Source: a virus
Strand: one strand, 5' to 3'
Virus record (IMG/VR): IMGVR_UViG_3300045988_100686
Location: 83,680-147,679 of that record
DNA length: 64,000 bases
Shown here: positions 18,374-28,897 of the stretch, piece after piece
Layout: every line of letters starts with the position of its first letter
Position numbering within the stretch: position 1 is the stretch's first letter
Translations under genes and position numbers: made by a program
The notes under the pieces: generated by a model
What the model was told of the DNA's origin: nothing
The model's input: the letters and a program-made list of their open reading frames with translations, nothing else
Database searches by the model: none

Positions 18374-19947
18374 TACTGACTCACTCCTATTTCTCTAACC
18401 TGCACAGTTCCTCCAATTATTTGAGCTACTAGTGACGCTGAGGCCGCTGTTGCCTCAAGCTTAATAGTAACCAAATGTTTACCTTTATTTAAAGTCATAG
18501 ATGAATACACAGAATTAACCAGCATTTCCCCACTATCTACGTAAGAAAGAGTGTTCGATGCTTCTGTATGTCCATCCAACAGAACATCAACGTTAACTTC
18601 TGCGTCGTCTCTACGATATCCATAGAAATTACTAAAGACTTTCGGTGTGATTTTTACTCTATACGTACCAGATGAAGGTATTTCAAAGTTTACATTGGTC
18701 AAAACATACTTTGTATCCTTGCTCTTTACCTCAACAGTCTCAGAGAAAGGGATAGATATATTGACAATAGGTCCTGGGTCTACACCTATAGATTGAACAG
18801 CACCATTACTACGTGGATCATAAACCCTTCCTGACCATCCACGTTCGGTCACCGTGTAGTCAAGCACTTGCATACCAGGTATGTCATGATCGCTATCAAC
18901 AGTTAGCTTCGTACCATACAAGTAATCCTCATCAGTTACATACTCACCATCGATATAAGTTTTAACTAATTCATTCTGGTTGACTTTAACATTGATGATC
19001 TTGATACCTGTAACACCCACAACGTCCATATCGTCGTAAACCCTGACATAACATGGTGTACCACGACTTTCGCCAGCTACTGTTAGGCTGAGCATCTCAT
19101 GTGCTTCATCAGCACTGAATTCAATAAGTATTATCGTTCCAGATTTAACAGTCTTAGACTCTACTACAGCTCCGTCGATACTGATCTGCCCACCCTCTGT
19201 AGGCTGGTGAACTGTGATAACACAATCTTTGATATTATCATCCCCGCGCATGATAAACGGGACTTTGATGGTTCTAGGAAGCAACTTGTCAATGGTAAAG
19301 CTTGCATTGCCACCAACATAGTCAAACTCATCTTCAAAGTAGCAACTAGAGTTATCCCAGTCCCATGAGCTCAAACGAAGATCATTTGGGATTGGGTTTC
19401 TAAAACCTTCTCCCTTTTCTGTATCATTTGGATAACAGCACCAGCAATTATAAAACGTATGATGATGTGGGACAATTCCTGATGATTTTGCAAGAGTTTC
19501 ATTTATATTTGTTTCACCATTGGAGGAAGAATGGAGGGGATATGTCGCTGTAACACTACCACCTAATACATATTTACCACGTATATCAGGGGTTCCATTT
19601 TGGCCATTACAATAAAACCACTTATCAGGAGGAGCACTCGGCAGTCCATCATACATAACTATAATCCTAGCAGGTACACGTTGATCAACCCTGGATTCTA
19701 GCTCTGATAGCCTATTTTCTATATCACTGATTTCCTTGACTATCTCTGGAGTAATAAATCCAGGCTGCGTGAGAGTTACAGCTTTATGCGCTTCATAGCT
19801 CTCTAGGTTACGGTGATACTCAAGGTCTACATCAATTAATTTTATGTTATTTTCTAATTCAACAAAATGTTTTTCTGATACGGGAGTTTCACCCGAATAT
19901 ATTGGGTTGTCTATCCAGGTGACAACACCAGATATTTGTCTTGCCAT
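18373..19947 (-). CDS. tail fiber protein with tail-collar domain (524 aa)
   Basis: The sequence WFYCNGQNGTPDIRGKYVLGG is present. It is a paralog of its neighbours. Confidence 0.6.
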   Translation of the reverse strand: MARQISGVVTWIDNPIYSGETPVSEKHFVELENNIKLIDVDLEYHRNLESYEAHKAVTLTQPGFITPEIVKEISDIENRLSELESRVDQRVPARIIVMYDGLPSAPPDKWFYCNGQNGTPDIRGKYVLGGSVTATYPLHSSSNGETNINETLAKSSGIVPHHHTFYNCWCCYPNDTEKGEGFRNPIPNDLRLSSWDWDNSSCYFEDEFDYVGGNASFTIDKLLPRTIKVPFIMRGDDNIKDCVITVHQPTEGGQISIDGAVVESKTVKSGTIILIEFSADEAHEMLSLTVAGESRGTPCYVRVYDDMDVVGVTGIKIINVKVNQNELVKTYIDGEYVTDEDYLYGTKLTVDSDHDIPGMQVLDYTVTERGWSGRVYDPRSNGAVQSIGVDPGPIVNISIPFSETVEVKSKDTKYVLTNVNFEIPSSGTYRVKITPKVFSNFYGYRRDDAEVNVDVLLDGHTEASNTLSYVDSGEMLVNSVYSSMTLNKGKHLVTIKLEATAASASLVAQIIGGTVQVREIGVSQ

Positions 19948-19959
19948 GTGTTGTCCTCC

Positions 19960-21540
19960 TTAACATCCTGTAATATAATAAGTTATCGTATCTGTACTAA
20001 GATGATCACCGAGATTAACAACGATAGACTCCAGAGTAAACGACTTAATTGTTGGCTGATCGCTGTCTGGATTAGTATTCCGCAGTTTAACATTGAGTAT
20101 CTTTGTTTTCATCGCTCTAGGTAACACGATTGTTTCAGAAACACCCTGGCTTCCCCATACACTAAGCGTACCATCAGAGTTCTCTACCCAGTTATCACCT
20201 ATAGAATCAGGATCCGATGATATCGTAGCAGCTGCTTTGGTAGTCATTGCAGAAAGTGCAATAACTGTGTTTTCAGCTTCAGCATCAATTGTCACATATT
20301 CTGGGTGATATGCACGAATAGCGAATGTGAGGTTATTCGTATCACATACTTTCCCATTACCAGGATTTCCAATATCTATATTTTCCGATGTAATACACTG
20401 CCCCACCGTTGGCGGGTCTCCAGAACCCGGGCCATAATTATTTCCGCTACCATTCCACCCAATCCCAGTACTACCTGTAGGATATGTTGCATTAGAGTAA
20501 TCGAACCAGCCCCAAGTACCATTGTTGTTTGACCAGCTTCCAATTGCATGATAATGTTTAGAAACTTTCTGCTCAGTAGTACTTAGTTCACCATAGATCT
20601 CATTCACCGCCATACAGCTATTCTGTATAACAGGTAATCGTATCATTCCAGCAGTAGATGATTCTCCAAAGTACGGTACACTGCCATACTTGTTTTTATA
20701 CGAAGTCCATGCAGACTCAGATATTACGAGGTTTGTATTCATTGCATACTGATACAGGCCTCTGTATAACTTTTTTGATACAAGTGACCCATTAAGCTCC
20801 AATAGTCCTTCAGGGGTATTCTTAGACAATACAATGTGTATAGTGCCAACACCATCAGTAACTTCAGGTGCAATCTGTGATGTTTTCTTTATAACTGCAA
20901 GTGACTTATACGGTGGCACAATGTCTACAGATTTTTGACCTCCATTAACATAAGGTATTACAGTCGTCACCGTAGAATCATAATACGCTGACGGCCATAC
21001 TGGAGTTGACCTATCTGAATCAGTTCCAAGTCTATTGCCATAGTATTTTAGTTGCACACCTGTATAACCTGAAATTTCTTTCCAACTTTCTGAGAAAACA
21101 TAGTTATTAAAAGAATGTGTATGTCTTGGGACAGGGAATTCTGTAATATCAACAGAATCCCTGCCAGATACCTCAGTGTACTCACTGTCAGACTTTGCTT
21201 CCATGACGAATTTCCCACGCATATCCAGGGTATCATTACTGCCGTTACAAAGCACAAACCCCTCTGGAATTTCAGTCTCACTTTTTGACCAGTACAACAT
21301 AGAACCTTCTGGTAGCACAGCCTCTTCAGTTCGTTTACGCAGGTCTGCTATTTGCAGCTTGAATCCTAGCAGCTTGTTATACAAGTCTTTATCCATGAAT
21401 CCTGGGTGCTCCGTAGTTCCTACCACATGAGCATCACCCCCGGAACCAATGTGGTCACGTATCTTTTGTGCGATGCCTTCAAGGCTGTTTCGTAGTTCAG
21501 GTATTTTCTCCTTGATAACTACCTTGTCTTTCACTGTCAT
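19960..21540 (-). CDS. tail fiber protein with tail-collar domain (526 aa)
   Basis: The sequence FVLCNGSNDTLDMRGKFV is present. It shares a 60-aa near-identical block with 45483..46445. Confidence 0.6.
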   Translation of the reverse strand: MTVKDKVVIKEKIPELRNSLEGIAQKIRDHIGSGGDAHVVGTTEHPGFMDKDLYNKLLGFKLQIADLRKRTEEAVLPEGSMLYWSKSETEIPEGFVLCNGSNDTLDMRGKFVMEAKSDSEYTEVSGRDSVDITEFPVPRHTHSFNNYVFSESWKEISGYTGVQLKYYGNRLGTDSDRSTPVWPSAYYDSTVTTVIPYVNGGQKSVDIVPPYKSLAVIKKTSQIAPEVTDGVGTIHIVLSKNTPEGLLELNGSLVSKKLYRGLYQYAMNTNLVISESAWTSYKNKYGSVPYFGESSTAGMIRLPVIQNSCMAVNEIYGELSTTEQKVSKHYHAIGSWSNNNGTWGWFDYSNATYPTGSTGIGWNGSGNNYGPGSGDPPTVGQCITSENIDIGNPGNGKVCDTNNLTFAIRAYHPEYVTIDAEAENTVIALSAMTTKAAATISSDPDSIGDNWVENSDGTLSVWGSQGVSETIVLPRAMKTKILNVKLRNTNPDSDQPTIKSFTLESIVVNLGDHLSTDTITYYITGC

Positions 21541-21552
21541 CCTAATCCCTCC

Positions 21553-23514
21553 TTAGTAATACAGGGCATACCCTGCACCAGAGTCATCAGAGAACAGCGT
21601 TGCATCACCCATCTCAAACTTAAGTTTGCTCCATGTAAGACGTAGCGTGTTCAGGTTCGGCATCACATACATAAACACCTTTGCACTTACAGCGTTAGAC
21701 GGAGCAACTGCAGCTGTAGACACGTATTTCGGCTGATATACATGTGTTATGTTAGCTTTAGTCGTAGAAATTTCAGCGCCTTCAGAGTTATACCATGTTA
21801 TACCAATACCTGCTTCTCCAGAAGAGCCTTCCTGAGAGTACATTACCGCACGGAACGTATACAGTTGTGATGGCTTGATGCCTATAGTATCAGAGTACAC
21901 TCTTGATTCTTCAGGAGGCGTACCAACCCACAGGAAACAGTTACCAGCATACGTATCATTATGCACTGGGCTAAAAAACTCTTTATTATAATCATTCCAG
22001 CCAATATATGCCAACCTAGCAGTAGGATTGAGAATAAGATTAACACCAACCTTGTCTAACACATCTTGCACTGACTCACCTGCGTCAGCTGCACCGAGGT
22101 CGTTAGACTTTTTAAAGCTAAATGCTTTTTTAGCTAGTGAAATGATATACAACTCAATATCATTAATCCATTCCCGATCATAGCGTACTTCAGTTACAGG
22201 TCCATTAAAGTAATCGGCGTTAATACGATCGGTACCAAGTATAATATCACCCTTGATAATCTTTGAAGTATCTATGAGCAGCTGAGCTGAATAGATTTTA
22301 GGTCCAGCAACGATTGCATATTCTACAATGCTTTTCTCTGGATTCTCTTCCTGAGGGCGTATACGCAGGCAGTTAAGCAAATACTCGCCCATATACTTAT
22401 CAGGAACAGTAAACTCATCACTATATGTAACAGTACCATCATCATAGATATACAATGAGAAAACAAGGTTTGTACCATCCTTACTACGGTGTACACCGCC
22501 AATCTTGACATTTCCCATACTGATAAACGCTGGCCCAATCGGTCCAGAATGTGTAGCAAGGGAATACGGTTTATATATTGACCAATTAAGCAAACTAATG
22601 TTTCCTAGGTCTGGTTGAATAATATTTTTATATTCACAAGTACACTGCTGACGTGTTGTCATAGTATACGGGGATAAAATTCCGCCAGCCTGAATCATAA
22701 CATTTTTAAACGTAAACAAAGCACGACTCTCTGACTCTTTAAACCGAACAGCTATTTGTACTTGAAAATACTTGCCAGAGCTTGGTACATCAATGTTCTC
22801 TATGCCTACAACGCCATCATAGCTACCCTTGATAACCGAGGTATCATGAGAAGCCACCTGGGTTGTTTGGTCACTGGCAAGGATTTTAAATCTATACTGA
22901 ACTTCAGTAGCAGTGGAAACCATGTTTGATGAAGTTGTAAGTGTAAGTCCGCCAGAAACTTTGTTTAAAGCGTTTTCAATGCCAGTCAATGGGATTATTG
23001 GAGAAGTAATAGTAACATCACCTGGAACAACACCATCATAGATATCCATTGTTGATACCTGTAAATACGTATCAGCAGACGCCATTACACTAGCCTCTAG
23101 GCCATCAGTCACATTAACAGTCCAGCCAGTCAGCGTCTTCAATGAGGAATCCGCGGATCCGTAGCTCATCATATTAGTAGCAGCACGTTGCGGCCATGCT
23201 GCACCGATAAACGTAGAATCAGCTAGGAATACATCTTCTGGACTTGTTGTAAGCTCAGGAGCTTGCAGACCTATTACATCAATACCTTTTCCTTCACAAT
23301 GTGACAGAAATCGTGTGTTATTAGTAGTAAACAAGGAAGAACTGCGAGCCATGTAGGTCATCGCTGCTTCCATTTTAATGTCCCTGTTAATTGAGTCCAC
23401 AACAGATCTATTAAAGTTTTCCGTAGTGGCTGCTTCACCACTTTTTATCTTAATTTTATCATAGTCAGTTGCTGTAATTACAGGGGTATTACTTGAAAAA
23501 TCTTCAAATGCCAT
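21553..23514 (-). CDS. virion structural protein (653 aa; fiber or baseplate)
   Basis: ORF track. Call based on context only. Confidence 0.5.
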   Translation of the reverse strand: MAFEDFSSNTPVITATDYDKIKIKSGEAATTENFNRSVVDSINRDIKMEAAMTYMARSSSLFTTNNTRFLSHCEGKGIDVIGLQAPELTTSPEDVFLADSTFIGAAWPQRAATNMMSYGSADSSLKTLTGWTVNVTDGLEASVMASADTYLQVSTMDIYDGVVPGDVTITSPIIPLTGIENALNKVSGGLTLTTSSNMVSTATEVQYRFKILASDQTTQVASHDTSVIKGSYDGVVGIENIDVPSSGKYFQVQIAVRFKESESRALFTFKNVMIQAGGILSPYTMTTRQQCTCEYKNIIQPDLGNISLLNWSIYKPYSLATHSGPIGPAFISMGNVKIGGVHRSKDGTNLVFSLYIYDDGTVTYSDEFTVPDKYMGEYLLNCLRIRPQEENPEKSIVEYAIVAGPKIYSAQLLIDTSKIIKGDIILGTDRINADYFNGPVTEVRYDREWINDIELYIISLAKKAFSFKKSNDLGAADAGESVQDVLDKVGVNLILNPTARLAYIGWNDYNKEFFSPVHNDTYAGNCFLWVGTPPEESRVYSDTIGIKPSQLYTFRAVMYSQEGSSGEAGIGITWYNSEGAEISTTKANITHVYQPKYVSTAAVAPSNAVSAKVFMYVMPNLNTLRLTWSKLKFEMGDATLFSDDSGAGYALYY

Positions 23515-23637
23515 AAGGGCAATACCTCCTCTCTATGTCTACTCATATTATACCTGGGATATAAGAAAACCTCCCCAGAAATCCAGGGAGGTTATAGTTA
23601 AGCCAGGTCAGACAAGGAGAGACGGTACTGCCACTAC

Positions 23638-24444
23638 TTACGGAGTAGTGGTGGTAGTAGTTGTCTTTGCAGCAATAGCTGCCAGTACTTCTTGAGTAGA
23701 CAGGCGGTTCTTGAGGTCAGAGATCTCACTGTTTTGACGGTCAATAATACGAGACTGCTCACGCATCTCCAGTTGACAGAATTTATCATTGATAATCTGA
23801 GTCTGTGCATCAATCTTAGCACCAAGAATGTTGGTTTGCTGTTGCATCTGAGTGCTCAGAGCATTAGTTTGATTGATTATCTGCAGCTGATTTTCATAGT
23901 TAGATGTGGTAATCGCATTTTTAATTTCGCAGCAGCAAGCCTGCATACGGCTCATCATATCTGCATTTCCAGACTGAATAGCATTGACAACCTGTTGAGT
24001 AGACATACCTACTTGTCCAGCAACTTTATCAATACCACATTGGATAGCATTAAGTGCAGTAGGTACAGAGTTCATATCACAGTTAAGAGCTGAGCTGATA
24101 CGTTCAATAGCTTCTTTGTTGCCATTAACAGCTTGGAGCATTAACTGGTCACTTACTCCGGCAGCTTGAGCCTTAGCTATAGCAGTTTCTACTGCGCCGG
24201 TAATAGCTGCGTCATTAATTGCTGCACCAGCGGCATTCTGACCTCTGTTTCCAAACAGTCCACCATTACCGTAGCCAAATAGCAGAAGCAGGAAAATCCA
24301 TAAGAAGCCGTTGTTTCCACCAATTCCATTGTTGTCATTGTTTTTCACTGCATTTTGCAAAAAGTTCGCCAGGTCAAGGGACATATTCTCATTCATAGTC
24401 AGTTTCCTCCTATACGTAGACGATAGTGCACTGGATCCATTCAC
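23638..24444 (-). CDS. hypothetical protein with Gly-rich N-terminal TM segment, Q/N-rich coiled coil and poly-Thr tail
   Basis: ORF track. The true start is probably the internal MNENMSL. Confidence 0.45.
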   Translation of the reverse strand: MNGSSALSSTYRRKLTMNENMSLDLANFLQNAVKNNDNNGIGGNNGFLWIFLLLLFGYGNGGLFGNRGQNAAGAAINDAAITGAVETAIAKAQAAGVSDQLMLQAVNGNKEAIERISSALNCDMNSVPTALNAIQCGIDKVAGQVGMSTQQVVNAIQSGNADMMSRMQACCCEIKNAITTSNYENQLQIINQTNALSTQMQQQTNILGAKIDAQTQIINDKFCQLEMREQSRIIDRQNSEISDLKNRLSTQEVLAAIAAKTTTTTTTP

Positions 24445-24586
24445 TTTATGAGTCTAGTATAGCATACAAAGAGTACCAAAGTTGACTATTAAATCACCTG
24501 GTTTTCATCACTGGTCACAGTTAAAACATTCTTAACCTTTGAAATAATAAAAAGCCCGTTACCCCAGGAGAGGGCAACGGACTTCT

Positions 24587-24862
24587 CTATAGATTTGACA
24601 TACATAGCAGCTTTTGCGCAAATTTGTCAATCCGCTTTAACAATGATTTGACATGCCTGTCAAGTGTCGAGGGCGACATTCCCAGTTCTTCTGCTACAAA
24701 TTCTCTCGTAGGCTTGAAATCACGTTGACGGTAGCGTAGCTCTAGAATCTTACGCTCCTCTGGTACCATACCCAGAAAGTTGCATAGACTTTCATAGTCT
24801 AGCTGTGGGATTTCCCTGAGCATCTGCTCAATTGCCTTACGATTTTGTTTTGTTAAGGCCAT
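24587..24862 (-). CDS. small sigma-70 region-4-like HTH protein (putative late transcription regulator, ArpU/RinA-like)
   Basis: ELRYRQRDFKPTREFVAEELGMSPSTLDRHVKSLLKRI resembles sigma-70 region 4 / ECF HTH. Confidence 0.5.
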   Translation of the reverse strand: MALTKQNRKAIEQMLREIPQLDYESLCNFLGMVPEERKILELRYRQRDFKPTREFVAEELGMSPSTLDRHVKSLLKRIDKFAQKLLCMSNL

Positions 24863-24863
24863 T

Positions 24864-25154
24864 TTAAGCCTCCTTGAACGCGGCTTCCAGAGGTTTCAGT
24901 AATACATTTTCCAGTCTGCTAACACGTTTTTCTAAAACGACCACCGGGTCTTCACTACCTGCATGTATATTCTGTGTTGTCTGTGATACATAAACGTATT
25001 CTTGCCCACCTAAGAATAGATGCAGGCTGTCATTCTCCTTACAATGATAGCCTTGTGGAGCTGTGAAACTTGATTGTCTAGCCGTTTGAGGGATAAGAGT
25101 TTCATTGTTAACTGTAAAAATTGTTAGGGTTTGAGGCCCTGTAAGATTAAGCAT
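24864..25154 (-). CDS. hypothetical protein (96 aa)
   Basis: ORF track. Tightly packed with neighbours. Confidence 0.45.
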   Translation of the reverse strand: MLNLTGPQTLTIFTVNNETLIPQTARQSSFTAPQGYHCKENDSLHLFLGGQEYVYVSQTTQNIHAGSEDPVVVLEKRVSRLENVLLKPLEAAFKEA

Positions 25155-25199
25155 ACGGAATCACACTCCTTAATGGATGTATGTCCCAGTTGACCCAGC

Positions 25200-26267
25200 T
25201 TAACGGTCTAATTTCACTTCATCAAACTTCAGTTTTACAGTGTCAACATTGAGTCCCTCAGGAATCTCAATATTAACGGTAGGATAAGCGGATAAATCTA
25301 TGTGAACAGTGCTAATATCAACGCTCTCTGCCTCCTGTAGAGCGCTTCCAGAAACACTGTCATTTGCTATGATGCAATCTGCATATTTTTTAACTACTGA
25401 GCTGTAGTCTAAATCGTCTACAACATCAGAATATGGGAATTTAAAGGACAACGTATACCCGGACTCAGGGTCTAGCCCTTCGATTTCCATGATAACCTCT
25501 GCCCCTACCACGTTTAACTCAGTTACACTGAATTTCCATGGTATTTCAAGGTCAGGTATGTCTTCATTCTTAGTATTATCGTGTATTTTTACCGGGATTT
25601 CAGTAGCATATACTGTAGGAGTACTCTTGGATAACTCGTCAAAATCAGCTTGAAGGTTTTTAACCATTGTCTGATAAAGGAAATACACATCATATGACTT
25701 GAGTTTGGGCCAGTCAATAGGCCTAATCCCTGTGTCATACACGCGTAAATCGAGAGCTTCCGTTGTAATTACTGAGTAGTCACCTGTTCTTGCTACTGCA
25801 ATAGCGGAGCACTTAACTAATCCAGGTAGTAAGATGTCTGCAGGTATTGGCACTGGTTTACCAAGTTTGATAACTGGGACCATAGCTTGTCGTCCACTTG
25901 CTGCATGTTGGAAAATAATAGAAACATCTCTGTTTCTCCATGCTTCATCAAGTGAATCTAGTTGTACGTAAAACGAGTTAATCTGATGTGCAAGAAGCTT
26001 GACATACTCTTGGTTAGTCAAGATAGTTCGTTGTACAACAAGTTTTAAGATGCGCTCGGGGGATATTTCTGCGGTTGTCTGTGCAGACTGTGCAGATATC
26101 TCTTCTTGACGTTTTTTCTCAGCTGCCTGACGATTTTGTTCCCACACGGGGAGTTCAATCTCATTAGAATCAGGACTTTCATATTGAGGTAAATATGGGC
26201 GGGGATCAATAAATTTCTCAATGCCAGTCACACACTGACAGTCAGAACTGCTATACGGCCATGTCAC
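25200..26267 (-). CDS. hypothetical protein (355 aa)
   Basis: ORF track. Confidence 0.55.
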   Translation of the reverse strand: MTWPYSSSDCQCVTGIEKFIDPRPYLPQYESPDSNEIELPVWEQNRQAAEKKRQEEISAQSAQTTAEISPERILKLVVQRTILTNQEYVKLLAHQINSFYVQLDSLDEAWRNRDVSIIFQHAASGRQAMVPVIKLGKPVPIPADILLPGLVKCSAIAVARTGDYSVITTEALDLRVYDTGIRPIDWPKLKSYDVYFLYQTMVKNLQADFDELSKSTPTVYATEIPVKIHDNTKNEDIPDLEIPWKFSVTELNVVGAEVIMEIEGLDPESGYTLSFKFPYSDVVDDLDYSSVVKKYADCIIANDSVSGSALQEAESVDISTVHIDLSAYPTVNIEIPEGLNVDTVKLKFDEVKLDR

Positions 26268-26680
26268 CTATCATTCCCTCCCATGTTATTTGTTTTCTTT
26301 ACTACAGTGTTAAGTACTGCAACTACCTTTTCATTGGGCTCTGCTGGTCCAAGAGGTTTACCAGGAGCACCAGGGTCTGTGTTATACTTAGAATTAGTTA
26401 TCTTATTACCTGTAAGCCATGTAGCACATATACCAACCGCAGTCATATATGCAGTACATAGCTCCCCATATCCAGACCACGCACTAGGTGTAATCTTAGA
26501 TGAAACAAGGTACAGGGTAACTCCAATAAATAACACTGTTAAAATGATGATTAATCCGCCAGGTAATACACGATTAATACTATATACCCCGGCTTCTTTA
26601 AACATCTCCAATAACTTATTGAAACTTTTATTTAAGCTTTTCCACATCTTTTCTATAGTCTTCACAAATTGTAACTCCAT
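26264..26680 (-). CDS. small membrane protein (about 2 TM; holin-like candidate)
   Basis: The hydrophobic stretch GGLIIILTVLFIGVTLYLV is present. The start is possibly the internal Met. Confidence 0.4.
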   Translation of the reverse strand: MELQFVKTIEKMWKSLNKSFNKLLEMFKEAGVYSINRVLPGGLIIILTVLFIGVTLYLVSSKITPSAWSGYGELCTAYMTAVGICATWLTGNKITNSKYNTDPGAPGKPLGPAEPNEKVVAVLNTVVKKTNNMGGNDR

Positions 26681-27002
26681 AATCTACAGCAGCTTGATGC
26701 TCTAGTCTACATCCACGAGCATTTTCCCAGCCATCTGCAAAGTAAGCAAAGTCACACCCTGAAAGTACTTGAAGTGAGTAGCCTAAGCAGTAGAGCCCTG
26801 ATGACTTAATAAACGTAGGTACATCATCGTGCATAACAGAATCTGCAACATGAAACTCTGGCAGCACAGTATGACCTGTGTCTACCAAGAACTGCTTAGC
26901 AGACTCAATAGCTTGTTCTTTTAGCCCTTCAAACTTAGTCTCTATTTCCTCACTCGTCATACCATTCATGGGCATGGAAATGAAAATAAAGTAATGGTTC
27001 AA
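26628..27002 (-). CDS. DUF4406 / nucleoside 2-deoxyribosyltransferase-like fold protein (124 aa)
   Basis: The N-terminus MNHYFIFISMPMNGMTSEE fits the DUF4406 pattern I(S/Y)ISGPMTG. Call from memory, moderate confidence. Confidence 0.4.
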   Translation of the reverse strand: MNHYFIFISMPMNGMTSEEIETKFEGLKEQAIESAKQFLVDTGHTVLPEFHVADSVMHDDVPTFIKSSGLYCLGYSLQVLSGCDFAYFADGWENARGCRLEHQAAVDYGVTICEDYRKDVEKLK

Positions 27003-27024
27003 ATTATTTCCTTCTTTCTATATA

Positions 27025-27339
27025 CTACTTTGCGAATCCAAATACAGTCCAGAACCCAGTAGCACTACCCTTATAGCTGCTTCCGCCTTGTCCCCATGCA
27101 CATATGTCAAACGACGTATTCTTTTTGTTATATGTATTTATCGAGACTGAGCTACTATCATAGCTATCAGTATTTTTACTGGTTAATATCGTGTAATTAG
27201 TATCCTTCATTGGAACTAAAAGCTCAACTGTAGCGTCTCGTGCACCAGATACATAACCACCTTGTTCTACCCAGCCATTGGAATACTTTCTATACCATTT
27301 TCTGTTTTCAGAATAAGTATCGGTTATATAAATATTCAT
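27025..27339 (-). CDS. small fiber-tip paralog with WYRKYSNGWVEQGGY domain
   Basis: It shares the W-x-R-x-(W/Y)S-(D/N)GW-x-EQGG motif with 27350, 35720 and 37544. Confidence 0.5.
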   Translation of the reverse strand: MNIYITDTYSENRKWYRKYSNGWVEQGGYVSGARDATVELLVPMKDTNYTILTSKNTDSYDSSSVSINTYNKKNTSFDICAWGQGGSSYKGSATGFWTVFGFAK

Positions 27340-27349
27340 AGATTAATAA

Positions 27350-27877
27350 TCACTCCACCGTCATAGTAATAGAACGTAGTTTTTCAACTCCAGGCTTAGG
27401 TACTGCTTCTACTTTCAGCTTTGTATTAACAAGTTTTACGTACTCACCAGCAGGTACAGCAACATCATTTACTTGCCATACATAATCTGCAGAATCCTTG
27501 AGGGTTAATGTATACTGTGCCATCCAACCACATACATACCAGTGTCCAGTTGCATTAGAACCATAACCCTTGCCACCTTGACCCCGACCATTTACAACAA
27601 AGTTCCTAGAAGTTTTTGTATATGTATTGATAACATAGGAGCTACTATCATAGCTACTAGTATACTTAGATGTAAACAATGCATACTTCTCATCTCTCAT
27701 AGGTATAGGTAACGTTACAGTTCCATCATATAGTCCTTTAAAGTAGCCGCCTTGCTCAACCCAGCCATCTGACCATATTTTCCACCATTCAGTGCCATTC
27801 TGGGTAATCTCAATGATATACGGTGATAATACTGGAGTTATGGTTATATCTTGTTTAGGAATTAGTACTGTACTCAT
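27350..27877 (-). CDS. fiber-tip paralog with WWKIWSDGWVEQGGY domain (175 aa)
   Basis: Same motif as above. Tandem duplicate of 27025..27339. Confidence 0.5.
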   Translation of the reverse strand: MSTVLIPKQDITITPVLSPYIIEITQNGTEWWKIWSDGWVEQGGYFKGLYDGTVTLPIPMRDEKYALFTSKYTSSYDSSSYVINTYTKTSRNFVVNGRGQGGKGYGSNATGHWYVCGWMAQYTLTLKDSADYVWQVNDVAVPAGEYVKLVNTKLKVEAVPKPGVEKLRSITMTVE

Positions 27878-27887
27878 CTAGCACTTA

Positions 27888-28070
27888 TCATGCCTCTGTT
27901 TTTACCTTTGGCTTACGCTGATGTTTCTTTTTAAGCTCAAGGATCTGAGCCTTGAGTTCTTTGTTTTCTTTAATTAAACGTTTAACCTGGTCTTGCATAG
28001 AAAGAAACTTTTTAGTAACTTCTGAACCAAGGTTAAACATCTGTTTTCTTTTATCTGCCCAGTTGTTCAT
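27888..28070 (-). CDS. small coiled-coil protein (60 aa)
   Basis: ORF track. Heptad-like K/E-rich sequence. Confidence 0.35.
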   Translation of the reverse strand: MNNWADKRKQMFNLGSEVTKKFLSMQDQVKRLIKENKELKAQILELKKKHQRKPKVKTEA

Positions 28071-28108
28071 TTCATATCACCATCTTTATCAACTGACTAT
28101 ATAAACAT

Positions 28109-28483
28109 TTATTGTTCCTGTTTTCTATTAAGATTCCAGGGATATACAAGCAAACTGTTAGAGTTGCGTTGATTAATCCCAGTTATCTCAGTTTGTCGCT
28201 GTTGTACTCCGTTATCTGTAGCTCCACTTCCTACACCGTGCTCATTATTTTCCTCAACCACATCTTGCAGTATAGCCTTGATATAGCTAAGTTTTCTTGT
28301 TAACTCACGGATAGTATCATCATAACGCAGCTCATTCATTTGGAGCTCAAAGTTTTCATTTTCTAACTTTGCAGCTTTTACTTTCCAGTCATTCAGATCT
28401 CTTTCTAGTTGATCCTGTTTAACTATGTGTGACCCAAATGCCTTGTCTATCCACTTCCCAATCATTGCCCTCATAACAGACAC
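28109..28483 (-). CDS. coiled-coil protein (124 aa)
   Basis: ORF track. A canonical promoter lies immediately upstream. Confidence 0.45.
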   Translation of the reverse strand: MSVMRAMIGKWIDKAFGSHIVKQDQLERDLNDWKVKAAKLENENFELQMNELRYDDTIRELTRKLSYIKAILQDVVEENNEHGVGSGATDNGVQQRQTEITGINQRNSNSLLVYPWNLNRKQEQ

Positions 28484-28509
28484 ACCTTTCCATTTTTATT
28501 TCTACTATC

Positions 28510-28539
28510 ATTATACCTCATTGTAGACATGGTCGTCAA
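28510..28539 (-). promoter_or_regulatory. canonical sigma70-type promoter TTGACG-N18-TATAAT (internal to the late operon)
   Basis: On the minus strand: tcTTGACGaccatgtctacaatgaggTATAATgatag. It lies about 25 nt upstream of ATG 28483. Confidence 0.55.
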
Positions 28540-28618
28540 GAGAAAATTAAATTTATTTCTTAGTAATCTTCTACATCTACAGCGTGAGCATTAATTTCAT
28601 TAGAATATGTACTAGAGG

Positions 28619-28840
28619 TTATACCGGGATCTGATTCAATAATTTCAGCAAATAATATACTTTTACTACATTGACTCCCCTTGGTATTGTGAGATTTATG
28701 AACTTTATGTTAAGCCACTCATCAGCCTCATAGAGTATAGTTTCTTTATCTGGAAAAACAGTGTTTATCGTTGTACTGAACGAAACATTGTTATCAATAT
28801 TAAAGGTATAGGGGTTAGATACTATTGTTTTATTAGCCAT
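28619..28840 (-). CDS. small protein (73 aa) with NPYTFNIDNNVSF motif
   Basis: ORF track. The motif recurs in the out-of-frame 5' leader of the next gene. Confidence 0.35.
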   Translation of the reverse strand: MANKTIVSNPYTFNIDNNVSFSTTINTVFPDKETILYEADEWLNIKFINLTIPRGVNVVKVYYLLKLLNQIPV

Positions 28841-28897
28841 AGTTAGTCATTAGCTATGACCTAAGTTTATTCTAAGTTAATCCATATAAATATACAT

